Source: Azolla caroliniana (lineage: Eukaryota; Plantae; Polypodiophyta). From it: DNA of 64,000 nucleotides. How positions within the stretch are numbered: position 1 is the first letter of the stretch; each line of letters begins with the position of its first letter. The notes beneath the pieces were generated by a model that saw nothing but the letters and a program-made list of their open reading frames with translations, was not told the DNA's origin and did not search any database. The stretch spans positions 1,488,001 to 1,552,000 of the forward strand of contig JBHGNT010000005.1 in NCBI GenBank assembly GCA_043228905.1, read 5' to 3'. Position numbers and translations under genes: made by a program. Positions 10,850 to 26,092 of the stretch are shown one piece after another.

Positions 10850-13027
10850 ATGCCCGCCGAGCCTCGGGCACACGACAACAACAAGAACGATGATGATGTC
10901 CATGAATTGGAGATGGTGTTGCTGCAGTGTCGGAACCCTGGCACCACCATATCATCCTACATCTCCATGCTCAGGGCTTGCAGCAAGAGAAAGGACCCCT
11001 CCCACGCACGCCAGATACAATCACATCTCCTTCGAAATCCCACGATCTATGGTCTGCTTACCACTGCTGCCACGACCACGACCACTAGTGCTGGAGCTGG
11101 AACTGGAGCTTTCCTGGCTGATTACCTTGTCATGACCCTAGCCAAGTGCGGTGCTGTGGACGATGCTCACCAGCTTGCCTCCATTACCACCGCCTCTCTT
11201 ACTGTCTTCTCGTGGTCCGCTTTAATTTCTGCCTATGCAGATCTTGGGCGTGGTCAAGAAGCCCTCCAGACTTACGAGTGTATGCAAAGGGAAGGCACCA
11301 CGCCAGATAAATTTACGTTTGTTAGCCTTTTCAAAGCTTGTGCCAGCATACGCAGCCTTTGTCAGGGCAAGCATTTGCATGCATATGTCTGCAGCGATGA
11401 AAACCTTTCATCAAACACTTACATTGGTAACACTATTGTGAGCATGTATGGAAAGTGTGGGGCCCTTAAAGATGCCGAATGTGCATTTCATGCATTGCCT
11501 TGTCGTGACACGGTATCATGGAATGGTATGCTTTCAGCATACATTGAACACGGACAAAATGAAAAGGCTTTATGTCTCTACAGGCAAATGCAAGGAGAAG
11601 CAACTAGCCCGGATGGAGCAACTTTTGTGACTGTATTTCAGGCATGTGGTCAACTTGCGGAGCTTCAGCAGGAGGAAGAAGATGCATCCTCTGACACTAT
11701 TAGTCGGAGTAATTTGAGGAACGTTCAAGAAATTGGGCATGCATTGCATTCAGATGCACATAGACGTAAACTGACTTCTAATGTCTTAGTTGGAACGGCC
11801 ATTTTGTGCATGTATGGCAAGTATGGGGCACTCCCTGAAGCAGAAATTATGTTTAGTAAATTAGTGCATCTTGACACAGTTGCATGGAATGCGATGCTTT
11901 CAGCATATATTGAAATGGAACAAGGAGAGAAAGCATTATCCCTCTATGGATACATGCAAAAGCAAGGTACATCTCCCGATCATTTGACTTTCATAATTGC
12001 ACTTCAGGCATGTGGCATCATTGGAGAAAAGCAACAGGCATTCCAGAAAGGGGAGACGTACTTCCTAGACATAGGGCGGGCATTGCACTTGGATATCAAG
12101 AGGAAAGGCTATGCATCTCATGTCCCAATTGCAAACACTCTTGTGAGTATGTATGGAAAATGTGGCAGCATAGAAGAAGCAGAGGATGTGTTCAATACAC
12201 TGGGTGATCGAGACATTATCTCATGGAATGCAATGCTTTCGGCATGTAATGAGCAGGGGCAAGGAGATAAGACATTGTGGTTATATAGAGAGATGCAGCA
12301 AGAACAGTTGGTACTGAATGAGATTACATTAATGTGCGTTCTACAAGCCTGCGGTGAGAGAGGGAGCCTAGCAATTTGTGAGAAGGTTCACTTTGACATT
12401 GTGGCAAATGATATGGGTAGGATCTCACCCCTCATATCTACTCTTATTAATGCCTATGGAAGTTGTGCCAGAACAATAGATGCAGATTCTGTCTTTGATG
12501 AATGCTTTGATTTGACCTTTGTTACATGGAATGCTTGCATTGCTAGTCATGTTGGAGATAGAAATTCTTTTGCAAGTCTATACATGTTCGAAAGGTCAAA
12601 ACTGACAGGAATTATGCCTGACAGCATAACATTCACTTCTGTTCTCTCAGCTTGCAGTCACAACAGCTTGGTTGTCGAAGGTATCAAATATTTCACATCT
12701 ATGAGCATAGATGATAGAAAGAGGACACATTTTAACATTATGATAGATCTTCTGGGACGTGCCGGGGACTTCAAGAAAATACAAAGCATATTAAAAAGGA
12801 TGCCAATGCAACCAGATCTCACAGTTTGGTTGTGTATTTTAGGTGCTTGCAGCACTCATGGCAATTTAGAACTTGCGGAAGTTGCATTTGAAAATGCTGT
12901 GTGCATGCATCCAGAGCAGTCTACAGCCTATGTTCTCATGTCAAACATATACGTCGATGCCCAGCTTCCAGACTCTGTCATTGATGCCATTAAAAAAAAA
13001 TCAGTTTTACCAACAGTCACCGTGTAG
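10850..13027 (+). CDS. Intronless PLS-class pentatricopeptide repeat protein with E-type C-terminus and no DYW (likely organellar RNA-editing factor)
   Basis: Repeated motifs such as VSMYGKCG...DTVSWNGMLSAY and PDGATFVTVFQAC; C-terminal MIDLLGRAG...MPMQPDLTVWLCILGACSTHGN...AYVLMSNIY. First ATG at 10850 within ORF 10835-13027. Confidence 0.93.
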   Translation: MPAEPRAHDNNKNDDDVHELEMVLLQCRNPGTTISSYISMLRACSKRKDPSHARQIQSHLLRNPTIYGLLTTAATTTTTSAGAGTGAFLADYLVMTLAKCGAVDDAHQLASITTASLTVFSWSALISAYADLGRGQEALQTYECMQREGTTPDKFTFVSLFKACASIRSLCQGKHLHAYVCSDENLSSNTYIGNTIVSMYGKCGALKDAECAFHALPCRDTVSWNGMLSAYIEHGQNEKALCLYRQMQGEATSPDGATFVTVFQACGQLAELQQEEEDASSDTISRSNLRNVQEIGHALHSDAHRRKLTSNVLVGTAILCMYGKYGALPEAEIMFSKLVHLDTVAWNAMLSAYIEMEQGEKALSLYGYMQKQGTSPDHLTFIIALQACGIIGEKQQAFQKGETYFLDIGRALHLDIKRKGYASHVPIANTLVSMYGKCGSIEEAEDVFNTLGDRDIISWNAMLSACNEQGQGDKTLWLYREMQQEQLVLNEITLMCVLQACGERGSLAICEKVHFDIVANDMGRISPLISTLINAYGSCARTIDADSVFDECFDLTFVTWNACIASHVGDRNSFASLYMFERSKLTGIMPDSITFTSVLSACSHNSLVVEGIKYFTSMSIDDRKRTHFNIMIDLLGRAGDFKKIQSILKRMPMQPDLTVWLCILGACSTHGNLELAEVAFENAVCMHPEQSTAYVLMSNIYVDAQLPDSVIDAIKKKSVLPTVTV

Positions 13028-13429
13028 AGCTGTGTATCATATTTCTTGAGTGTGTTAGAAAGAAAAGAAATTTAACCGTTTACCTTTTCAGAGTTGTGTA
13101 CTTTCTTGAGCACAAGGGGAGGAAATGGCATCATTCATGTGGGCAATGTTGAAAGTATGGAGTGAAAATAAGGTGTTAAACTTCTTAAGGTATTTCTTTG
13201 TCAACATCTGCAGCCAATTCAAAATGCTAGGAAATCATTTGTGGAAGCATCTCAAGAAGAGTACTTGTGCCAGATTATATGTGATGTGAGTTGGGGGTTA
13301 TGGCTCTCATTGGACAACCTTGCAAGAAGGGTCATCTCATGAGACACTATCTAGAAAAGTGTAAACTCAAGAAGGGTCTTGTGCTGGAAAGAATTGTGAA
13401 ACTTAAGAATGAAAAGCCTAGGTGTCCAT

Positions 13430-16350
13430 TCTTATATTATGGCGATCTCTAAACAAAGTTCAAAAGCTTCACATATGGGACTACCAAGATAACAAATTGA
13501 TTGTTGGATCATGGTGACCTTTAGTTTAGAGCTCCTTACGACAAGGTTTATTATTCTCTTCAACTTCCTTCGACAAGGGAAGTGAAGTACAATGTTCTTA
13601 AGCTTCATTCTATCACACAACATTTTACTCCTCACAATATATTAGCGTAACTCTTGTTTATTAATTGGGAATAGTGGATGTGGCAATTGCCAGGATCCAT
13701 AGACCCATTACCAAACATCTTCTCTAGACCAGTTGACACTAGCCATTTGTTCTATGAACATCTATTTTTCAAAGCAATGCCATTAGGTGGGAAGATTTGC
13801 ATATTGCTTGCCATACTTATAGCTTTACGTTAGTATTTTGATATGTGCTAGATTAGTACTTGATTCTCAAGTAGGGTCACATAAGTCGTACTACTACATG
13901 AACATAAATCTCATCTCTCAATATCCTTCATGCCAAATGGATGCCTTTCTCGTCTAAAGCTTACATAATTCAAGGATGCATCTTGGACTAACATGCATCC
14001 TTTGTCCACTATAAAGACAAAATTGAGAAGCAGAAGAATATACTCAATGATTTTGCAAGTATGGCAATTTCATTGCAAGGTTACATTTTCTTAGTGGCGA
14101 TCAAGGAACATGCATCAACATAGAATCTAACCTCCATGTATTTCAATGGCATATTCCTATAATTGCAATGATGGCAGTATGGATTGTGCATTTGTAGATT
14201 TCCAATAGGAATAGTCACATAATATATGACGTGGATTAGAAGGCATAACAAAAGCCCCATGTAGAGTATAATCGGATTAATTTATAGGATGGCTTGAACT
14301 AGCCCAATCACATGTAATCAAGTTTTATACCTTGTCAAATTTTATTGTTGTTAAGCCATCGTTCAAGCAAAGGATTTGAGATGATCCATAAACCCCAACG
14401 ATGTCGCATACCACATACGTCCCAAGTCTAGGTCCAAATAGGCAAGGTAATTTACCACAAATAAATAATTGAAGAAGGATTAGTATCCTATGATTTGAGG
14501 CTAACTAGCATGGTCAACAATGTATAGGCACCTATGTGGCAATCAAGAGGCCTTTGGCTTAAGATATAAATATAGGACTAGCTACCTCATTTTATCATCT
14601 CCTTGGTGAGACTCTTAACACTTTTTGTGGTTTTGTGGAGCTCTTGTTTCGAGACACCTATCATCTACATCTAATCCAAACCAAGGTGCATCTCTAGGAC
14701 ATACGCAGTGTTACGGGATGCTATTGGAGTTTAGGGATCACCTAAAATCCTAGGATAATTATCCTTCCTCGATTATTTATTTATGATAAATTGGCCTTCC
14801 TATTTGGACCTAATTAAGGTATGTCCATAAAAGAAGCATTCGCAAAATACAAGGGCATGTTTTTGTGGATTGTTTTGGGCACCTAAGCATGAGTTTCAAC
14901 AAAAGGGTTCATTGAACTTGTACAAATGTCTGTTATGAACTAAGGATTGATGTCATATGAAAACTATAGAGTTAAAACACATCTTCTAGCTCGACTTTAA
15001 AGTTTGTTACCTCAACATTGACTTCGATCGTTGTAAAAAGTGGGTGAGCTTAATTAATGAGCTCATCAATGACCATGAGCATCTAATCCATTCCTTCTAC
15101 CAACTGACAGGTGGACGATGAAATATGTTGAAATAGATCCATGAGGGTAGCGAGACAATTTTGATCAAGAACAATGTTGCATTACTTGTCAAACCCTTCG
15201 ACGAGCTACCACTATTGTAACCACCCATGGTTCATCAATACCAATCCCAATTTCTTTGTCGCTCCAAAGTGTCTTTAGGGGTTTTGTCATTTCTTCATGA
15301 TCTTGAACCCATAAGGGAAGTCAAGAATGTAGATCAAACCACTTTATATAGGATGAACATGTTCTTGGTGGAGAACTTGTCCAAATCCTCGTGAATCAAA
15401 TCATCAATTGGTTGCATTGAGTGCTCCTTGATTGCATTGGCTCATGAATGTTTGATTGTGCATGCTTTAATCGCATCCAACGCCGAGTTGTTGGCAAGTA
15501 ATGCATAGGTCATACTTTATTTTCGCATGAGCTTGCTATCCATAGGCCTCATCCTCCCTTGCAATCTAATATTTCAATAAGTGGGATAATGTATCAAACT
15601 TGCCTTGCCTTCCTACAATCCAAATTGATATAGGAGCATGACTAATGCAATATTCGAAAGTAAAATAAAACAGGAAAGATCAACTCATGTGCCTCGCGAT
15701 TTGTCTAAGGTCTAGTTGTCATTAAATCGAGCAAGTTCTTGTGGTCCAAGAGAATTTGTATTTGATGTTGGGTACTACCAATGCATGGTTTCCATTGTTC
15801 AAAAGTTGTGATAATGGTTGAGAGTTCCTTATTATGTACCTAGTCATTGATTTCCATGCACGTAAGCTTTGTATAGTAGACATCAAACTTTTGCATTAGG
15901 CCAACATCTTCTTGTTGGGATAATGCAACACCAACTGTGAACCACGAAGTTTGGGATGAACTCGCTTAGCCATGCTCCTTTGCATTGTTCTAAGGATTGC
16001 ACTAAACGTTTGAGATATTTTATCGCCACACCCAATATTTACAATTTATGGACAAAATTCCCAAGTCACATTGAAGGCAAACTAATGCATGCGTTATATT
16101 GGCCCTTTAAATGAAATAGCAAATCAACTATATTTATGCAAATACATCAAAGGACTTGCTCATGTGTCACCACATTCATGACATTCAAAACTTCATGCTT
16201 GTGTGCTTGCTGCCGTTGTATATCACCACATGAAGGCCTAGATATCCACATGAAGCAAGCACGATGAATTGCGTCTTTTGCATGAACCACCTTCTTGCTT
16301 GCTTGGGATATTTTACAAAAATGCATTGTGCAAAGCTAGAAGTGCACCAT
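13430..16350 (-). mobile_element. Heavily degenerate Ty3/gypsy pol remnant
   Basis: Short minus-strand peptide traces: GFGQVLHQEHVHPI (RNase H G-x-G-A-V-L-x-Q...PI-like, ~15345-15390), LSR (~15150), VFGNGS (~13700). Boundaries are approximate. Confidence 0.5.
14429..14812. mobile_element. ~385-bp element bounded by ~60-bp imperfect inverted repeats
   Basis: 14431-14480 GGTCCAAATAGGCAAGGTAATTTACCACAAATAAATAATTGAAGAAGGAT is an imperfect reverse complement of 14761-14810. Confidence 0.65.
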
Positions 16351-16380
16351 TCACATTAACAATAAAGAGCCACAACACAT

Positions 16381-16948
16381 TGTTAGATAACAGGTCCTTC
16401 TGAATGGGAAGAAGAGAACAGACCGAATGGGATGGAGTAAGTGGGTAATTCGGCCGAGGCCGAAAACCTATTATATAACCGATTTGAGAGATTATATTTG
16501 TAAATAGTCTAAATGTGCCCCATGTGGGCTATATCTGTAAATAGCCAAAAAGTTGTATAAGTATAAATACGACCAGGGCAAACTTTATGAGTGTGGGTGA
16601 GTCGTTATTGTTGTATAGTTACAGTGTGTAGTTGCCTCAGTGATTGAGAGTAAGAGAGAGAGAGAGCGGAGTTAGTGTGGGAGTAACTCCACAATCGTCC
16701 GCGTGACGAAGGAGAGCTTAAGGTTGTTGCCTTCGAGCTTCTCGTTGTACTCCTCCCAAATATAGTGATTCTGTTTTGGAGTTTGTGAACTCCACATGGT
16801 TTTCCCCTTTCGGGGTTTCCATGTTAAATATCTTGTGCCTCTGTTTTTCCTTTTCAGTTTGTCTTTTTGTTTGTGCACTATCTTACTCGATTCTTTGCAC
16901 CCGAATATACATACGAGAAATTGGTTGCTACCGGTCACGATCCTAACA
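16381..16948 (+). mobile_element. Solo LTR (copia-like), 568 bp
   Basis: TGTTAG...CTAACA termini; flanks CACAT/CATAT (5-bp TSD, 1 mismatch); internal TATAAATA and the GGTTTTCCCC...GGGGTTTCCATGTTAAA motif typical of plant copia LTRs. Confidence 0.8.
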
Positions 16949-18369
16949 CATATAAGGGCCACTTTGTACTTGTTTGGTATGATAATGTGTGGTATGGAAA
17001 CGTAGGTCACCTCGTAATGAAGTGCATGGACAAAGATGATACAAACTCATGGAAGATCCAAACAATGAAATCATGAACAAACTCGGTTTTTCATTATTTG
17101 TGTGTCTCTTATTCTACCATTTCAAAAAACACTACATATATGATTGGGAAGGGCGATTATTAATGATTGATTGGTTCCATGGATCAATGTTTGACACCCC
17201 ATGGACAATAATATATGTAATCATCTCTCTTAGCACCAATGTGCAAATGAATCCAATTCTCCTTAATCGATACGCCACTCCTTTTCATCAAGAAACTCAA
17301 TACGAGCTTTTCTACTCTTCCTACTTAGTCTAATTTGATGCACACGAGCAGTTGATCACATGATCAACCCTGCAATACTCCCTGTAAAATATGTTAATTG
17401 TATTGGGCGGGGAACATTAATACATAAATTATGGGTTGCTAATATATAATACATTATGGTAGAAATTCATGGTATATCGTATTACATGGAACTTCATACA
17501 CATGTCATTTCACAAACAACAAGAATTACTTGATGCTTTCTAAAAGACAGATGTGATCATAGTATGGAAAGATCCCATGTTTTAGTTCACCAAAATTAAA
17601 GGTAAATTAAGTTTCACAATATGATACATCATGTATCAATGTTTCGCCCACCATCCTTGCACGTGCGCACTTGAGGCTCGCCTTTATTTGGACAATCCAA
17701 ACAGCTTCACATCGAGGCCTTATAAGCATCGTCCAAGGAACTGCATTAACATCATGTGCACGTGCGTACTCATATCAAAGATAGGGCAGAGCACATGATG
17801 CACCATAATTGGAGATACAAAAAAATTGGTTCATCTTCAAGGGCCAAGGCCCATGTGGAGCAAAGATTGCATACGAACAAACTCCGTTTACAATTTAGAA
17901 ATTTGTATTCAAACGATGAAGGTGCTTACAAATTTCTTCAATATCGTCGAAACATAAGTAACGGGGAGGAATGAGTATTTTCTAATTTACTAAGTAGCGT
18001 TGCTTATAACTTATAAGCAGTGTGAAAGCTACTGCATTGCCGGCAGGTAAGTGGGGGGGGGGGGGGGGGGAGTCTGGCCAAATGATCTAAGATTGGTTCC
18101 TACATGACTTCAAGCAAACGTTAGATTCATTTCATGGGAGCCTCCCCTTAGGAAAGAAGATCTGAGGCGATGACCTTTAAGATGTCCACGTCATCGATCC
18201 GTGATATCGAACGGCTAGATTCAAAGACTCCCACCGTCAGTTCCCCGTCAGTTTCTCTTGGTTACCGCCTACACCCAGTGGCCGCAATAACTTAGGGCAA
18301 AATCAGGGCTAACGACGAGATAACGGTGTATTTGACGGCGCCGTCTGTCGAGGGGGGGTCTCGTTTGTT

Positions 18370-18545
18370 CGTGTTTAGGGTTTCACGCTTGCGTTTGTCT
18401 CTGTGCATTGGCTATGGCGGGAAGCACGAATTAGGGTTTCATACCAGCCGTTTGCTTTCATTGAGGTTTTTTAGTAACTTTCCAGTCTCGGAATCTCGAA
18501 GATCTGCGTGTCTGCTCTTCTTTATGGAGAATTAGGGTTTGATAC
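18370..18545 (+). promoter_or_regulatory. Telo-box cluster (TTAGGGTTT x3) in the inferred 5' leader of the ANP32-like gene
   Basis: TTAGGGTTT at ~18375, 18431 and 18532; probable leader intron from GTAAGG at 18575 to the AG at 19465. Confidence 0.55.
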
Positions 18546-19468
18546 CAATCGAGAGGATAAGTAAGAGGCATTCGGTAAGGTTTCTATCTAGTAGCTTGTG
18601 TTCTGTTTAATTTATCTACCTTTAGTTATGTGCATTTCTTTGGTTAAATCGACGAGTTTTGATGGTACCAAAATACTGCTCTAAATTTCATCAAACCTCC
18701 CGGACTCAAATTTCCTTCGTAAATTAACCTTTCACCATCAAGATTCCTGTTTTGATTCCCGTCATGGTTTTTTTTAGCTCTGAACACTCCTTTTGCAAGC
18801 AGAACAGAAAACATGAGGATCTGTCGGTCACAGGCTTGTATGTGTTGAAAGTATAGGTTTAGAGCTTTTTGTTTCCCCAGAAATTAGTCTTTTACTGTTC
18901 AACTTCCAGTTTCGATTATAAGCCTATTCTTATTGGAACAGAGCGGGACAGAAATTGTTGAGATAGTCTCGTTAGAGTTTTATGAGAAGTCAAAGTTAGT
19001 CCATATTTCCCCCTTTAAAATTTAATTATTTTTTCCGTTTCACCTTTCTAATTTGGCTCTCAGCATGTTTCTTTCTTGCCTTCTCGGTTTCTTCATGTAA
19101 AACAAATTAAGTGCAAGCATATTCACAAGAACTTGACGAATTCTAGGAAACACTGATTCTCTTTCTGTCTCGATTTTCAGTATGTCTCTTGTACTTCCAA
19201 TCTCGTTCTCCAAGTAGAATGCTTCTCAGTCTGGTATTGTTAACTATTCAATTCTGTTGTACTAATCGATCCACAGTAAACTTTTGTTTCTTTACAAAAT
19301 CTGTTTTTCTAAAGAAACATAGTTGAAATTCGTGCTCAGAAGCACATTTGAGATTATCCTGGTTTGACTACATGCCAAAAGCCATAGGTGTGTCGTTTCC
19401 ATGTCACCTGGAAAAATCAAGAATATATTTGTGCTCATTCATGCTTTTTTTTTATGTGGTTTCAGAAG

Positions 19469-20796
19469 ATGGATGAAGCGTGGGAGAGAGCTGTGGAGGC
19501 AGCATGTGGTGGAGAAGAGGCTCAATCAGTTAGGTCGCTCACGCTTGATGGAGCAGTTAAGTGTTCGCAAGGGCGCCTCCCCACGCGATCATTGCTCGAG
19601 CGTTTCACGCAGCTGCGTGTTCTCTCCATCGCCAATGTTGGCCTCACTTCGCTGGCTGACTTTCCTTCCCTACCGCATCTCCAACGTCTTGTACTGAGTG
19701 ACAACCGCATCTCTGGTGGCCTCGAATTTCTAGTTTCTTCACATTTGCAGTCCCTCTGTGATCTTGACCTCTCCAACAACAAGATCCAAAGCTTTGAGGA
19801 GCTTGCCCCCCTTGCACAGCTTAACCTCCTGTCTTTAGATTTGTATGAATGTCCCATCACTCGCGTGGAGGATTATAGACGCAAGGTTTTCCTTCTTATC
19901 AAATCCCTTCAGTACCTTGATAAGGTTGATGCTGAAGATAATGAAAGGCCAGAGTCTGATGAAGAGGAAGAGGATCATGATGATGATGGTGAGGATGATG
20001 GAGTTGATGATGAAGAGCCAGCACACACTGGAGATAAGGCCCTCACCTCCAACGGTCGGGTAGACCAAGATGATGAGGAAGATGAGGAAGATGATGGGGA
20101 GACAAGTGATGAGTTAGATGAAGAGGATGAAGAAAATGATTTAGGAGTTAACCACGTGGAGGGAACGAATGATGTGTCTGGCTCAGAAGAGGAGGTTGAT
20201 GATGAAGAAGAGACTGAACAAGTACTTGAGGAGGTGCAAGATATTGATGAAAGTGAAGATGAAGAAGAGGATGATGAAGAAGATGGAACTGAGCAAGCCA
20301 GTCCTGAAATCTCCGAGGAAACAGATGCTCAAGCAGAGGGTGAGGAGGACAATAGTGAGGTTGGAGACGAGGATGAAGAAGGTGATGAAGGTGTTGAGGA
20401 TGAAGAAGAAGAAGAAGATGATGATGATGATGAAGAGGTTAGTGGTTTTTTATTTCATGTCAGCTCCAATGTTTTTATGAGTCATGTAAGAAATATTGTT
20501 TTTTGCCATCCATCAGGCGAGTGTTTTTTTGTTTTTTTCGTTTCAGATCTGTATTTTAAACTGGTTTTTTATTGTAGGAGGACCTTGGGACTGAGTATCT
20601 GGTTCAGCCAATTGCTCAGGCAGAAGATGAGGAAGCTGCTAGTGATTTTGAACCAGGTGAAGATGACTCTGTAGAAGACGATGATGATATTGATGATTTT
20701 CCAGAAGATGATGTGGAAGCTGCAGCATCAACGAAAAGGAAGAGGAGCAAAGAAGAGGATGATGAGGAGAAACAACAAAGACCCCCCAAGAAGTGA
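19469..20796 (+). CDS. Acidic leucine-rich nuclear phosphoprotein 32-related protein (ANP32-like histone chaperone)
   Basis: Exons 19469-20437 and 20578-20796 (GT-AG). MDEAWERAVEAA...LTLDGAVKC, LRRs (LVLSDNRI, LDLSNNKI, LDLYECP), LRR cap YRRKVF...LDKVD, long D/E tail, EDLGTEYLVQPI, KRKR NLS. Confidence 0.92.
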
Positions 20797-23700
20797 TTTT
20801 GCAAGTCTGTTTTTTAAGAATCTTCCATTTGCAAAGGCATATTTTAAAGGGGGCTAGAAGGGCTACAAAGTATGGTGCGTATGAGAATATCTCGCATTCC
20901 TTCTTTGATTCAACATAGATGTATATTCTTGGAGACTATCAGGGATCATTTCTTTTTAATTATGTCCTTGGCATTATATAGGGTTCTTGAAGTGTTGTGA
21001 TCCCTTGGTAGACCATGCGTTTTTGGTTTTCTAGTAAAGTAGAAGTTCCTTCCTTGATCATGGCTTCTCTTCATATGGCTTCCTAGTCATTTTGCAGACT
21101 TGATTAGCACCAAAGATTTGCTTCTTTGCTTGCTTTTAATGTTAATTCTCTTACAGTTTTTCTACCAGTTGGTTGCGTAGCTGTTCATCTCTTCAAGGAT
21201 AGACTGAAGTTATTATGAAGTGAATGCCTTGTTTCACTGTTGTGTTTACAGACTTTTGCTGAATATCTGAAGTACAGAGGATCATGTGCATAACTTCTCA
21301 TTTTATCCCAAGACCTTAATCATTGCAATGCATCTATATGTACTAATTAGACATCTTGACCTTACACTTACATTGCTTGTGTGATGCATATTATCAGCAA
21401 CCATAGTGGAGGTCCAAGGGCATGGAGCTTATTTTGTCTGATAGGTAAGGTAAACTTTTGTTGAGTGCTCGTGCTGAGAAGAGCTTAGTCCATAAGGTTG
21501 AACTTTAGTGATCCGATTTTGCATCTTGCTAACTTCATACATTGGAAGACAGAATATATGTGTAATTAGTAGTTTCCTGCAGAAAACAATTTGAATAGTT
21601 TGACAAGAAGTATAGCTCTAATGAATATAATAGCTGGTCATCATCATGTTAGAAGGTAGGTGGATGTTGGTAAAGCCAGTCAGTCAGTCATGTGTAGTAG
21701 CCATCTACTATTTATTATCCTGTCTTCCTCTTCAAGTTGTATTCTCTTAAGTAAGCCAATAACAGTCTTGAAGAAAAATCAGTAATTAAAGTAATTTTCA
21801 GCTAGTTCTAAGCACTAGACAACTCCTTGCTGTTTTTAGAGTACAACTCTATAGGTTTTATGGACTTTCCAAGCAGCAATCCAATTTAGCTTTTAGCCAA
21901 CTCTTTGTTCTCATTAATCAAGTCAACTGTTTTGATGGTTCTTTGAAACACGAGGATTAGGCCAATTTCTTTCTCAATATTGCCATGTATACACATTGAA
22001 TCCATTAAATAACATTTTATATTTGGGTTAGCTGTTTTTTTTCTCTTCATATTATCTTCATGGAGAATCATGAATTTTAATAACTAGTCAATTGAAAATT
22101 GAAAGATTACATCAACCCAAACGTTGCACCCAATATAAGGCAAGAATGTATATTGTCACATCTTACCGAGTTGTTGTACTTCCATGAACTTGCTTCAAAA
22201 TTAGATTTTGTGGTAGTGCCATGACATTCGAATACAAAATGTTATGAAAGAGCAGAATGATGAATTGGTGGAGGAAGAATCTCACTTGTATGCTCTAACA
22301 TTTTATGGGATCCATGAAATTTATTGTTTGTGGAATGGGTATGTTAACTTGGGTGGAATATTCAAAACATTGGCAAAAAAGTTGAGCATATTTGTGCATT
22401 ATTTTTTCGTGGAAGTTTTTCTACAAAGTAGCAATCCGAAGTTAGGATGGATGTTTGGCACACAATATTTATTAATGTGTAGCCCGATGAAAAGATAATG
22501 TTTGTAGAGGATGGACGTCTACCTATGGGTTGATGAAATTGAACATCAACATTCAAAGTTATTCATTGATGTTATGTAGGGTATCTAAATCTTTAATCAT
22601 GTTGTGGAGTTTTGTTGTTCGGCAATATCAATTGTATGAGATGTTTATTTGGAATGGGGACATGGAAGTACACTAATGATGACCATACTTTGTTAGAATC
22701 TATAATCAAACGCAATGGGACAACATTGATTGATTTGTCCAGATTGTCCATGGATGAGTATTACCTTATTTTGTACCTTGGAAGTTGAGATGAATGCATT
22801 TGATAGAATATTGGTTTGCCTCATGAATTGACAATGTCTCAAGGTGTTATAAGGAAGAGGGTAGCTAGTCCCTTTTACATATATAGCATTACATGTTAGA
22901 CACCCAATCACACGTTGCCATATGTGATTATGGTTTTGCCCCAAGTTCTAGGATGATTGGTTGCTATTTATCTTGACCTTAAACAATTAAATTCAGCTTT
23001 AGAAACGGTCCTTAAGATTATGCATGTAACAACTAAAACATGTGACTTGACATATATGCAAAATTAACTGATCTTGATGGAATACAACGTGGAAAGCACC
23101 AAGGTTCATGCAAAAGAGATGATGGATGTACATGTCTTGATTAGGGAGAGAGAAATAGTGTGATGGACATCTATGAAAAGGCTACAGAGCAGAGACAAGG
23201 AATCTTAGATGCAAAGACGAGTGGATGAATCAAACATCTCGTGAGGGTATGGAAGACAAAAGGACCTACGTGGGAGTGGATAGGCAAGGATTTTTAGAGT
23301 AATAGGAAATTGTCATAAGATGATCAAGAGAGACACACAATTGTTCTCCTCTTACCTTCACTTGATAGTGCTCATTTTGATTGACATGAAATGGAGTGAT
23401 CATGATATGGACAAACATAAAAAAATCACAAAGAGTTCCATAGGGTTCTCTTTGTATCAATAGATTTGAATTTTTTTAAGTTGAAAGCATATGTTGTATG
23501 TTTACCCTATATGTATATTTGGTTACCGCGTTAATTACACCTTTCAAAGTTCTCGTAAGGCATCAAGTGCGGTGGGTAGGATAAGGCACAACGGTTACTC
23601 AAAGTAGTGAAATAATCGCCACACTTTTCAGCCCAACAATTTTGACACAAAATGTGTCTTTAAAGACATTGTTCTTTTTAGGACCCATGATATTTTCCTA

Positions 23701-24637
23701 GTAAGCTACAAGCAAAGTTCAACTCACCTAGTAGTGTTTATTGATTGTACATGACTTATTTTAGGAGAGGAATTTGTAGATGCTTGACAACCAACGTTAA
23801 ATAACTACTATGGAGAAGCATTTCAAGAGCTAACTTGTAAGCATTTCACTACATATGAGAGCTCATGGTGTATCAATGGTTTAAAGTTGGTAAATGCGAG
23901 ATTTCAAAAGTCTATTGCAATTTTGTTTCCCGTTCCTATGAGGCGAAAATTTTGGTATGAATTTATACAATCATACGAATGCATACGAGGGGTAGACCAT
24001 GTCTTTAAAGGAATGATTGCCAAATCGTCGATGTTATATTGTTCACAACGATGTTAGTTGGATGGTACAAATTGTGGATTGAGGGGAGGGTGGATATGGT
24101 GGGCCACATATTGATAGAACGATCAAAACATGGATCTGCATTCATACTAACAACATAGTAATGATGTTACCAAAGCTATATATGCACACAAGAAGCAAGA
24201 TTTTGCCAAAATGTGGCGAATATTGAACATTAAAGACATGAATGAAGGAGGATGGGGGAGTTATAACACTCGAGACGGGGTGAAATGCACCAAGTGCGGA
24301 TATAACAAGATATCAAGTGAGGCTAGTACACTGTACATGCATGCTAGGGAGTGGTTTCTTTGGACGTGGGCACATGGACTTGTATCATGTGTGGTTGTAA
24401 ACTTGTAATGTATATAAAACATTCAAGCTAGAAAGAAAAGGGTTAATTTAGTAGTTTTTCATAATTATGGGGTCTAGCTTTGTAAATACTCCAAAATGTG
24501 AAGGCTTAGCGTTTGCCCTAGTTCACTCATAAGAAGAAAGAAGAAGAAGGGGACGACTCAGAAAGGAAGAATTCATCAGAAAGCCGCACGACAGCGAAGA
24601 TCTGCTCTGTATCCCCAGCACTACAGAGCATACGAGA

Positions 24638-26092
<1,455 letters not shown>

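Noticed and set aside
18053-18070. Poly-G run as a functional G-quadruplex
   Set aside because: A simple homopolymer with no supporting context; its length is error-prone.
22200-23000. Possible LINE remnant; similar coding-like decay at ~27300-27950
   Set aside because: No unambiguous motif could be recovered.
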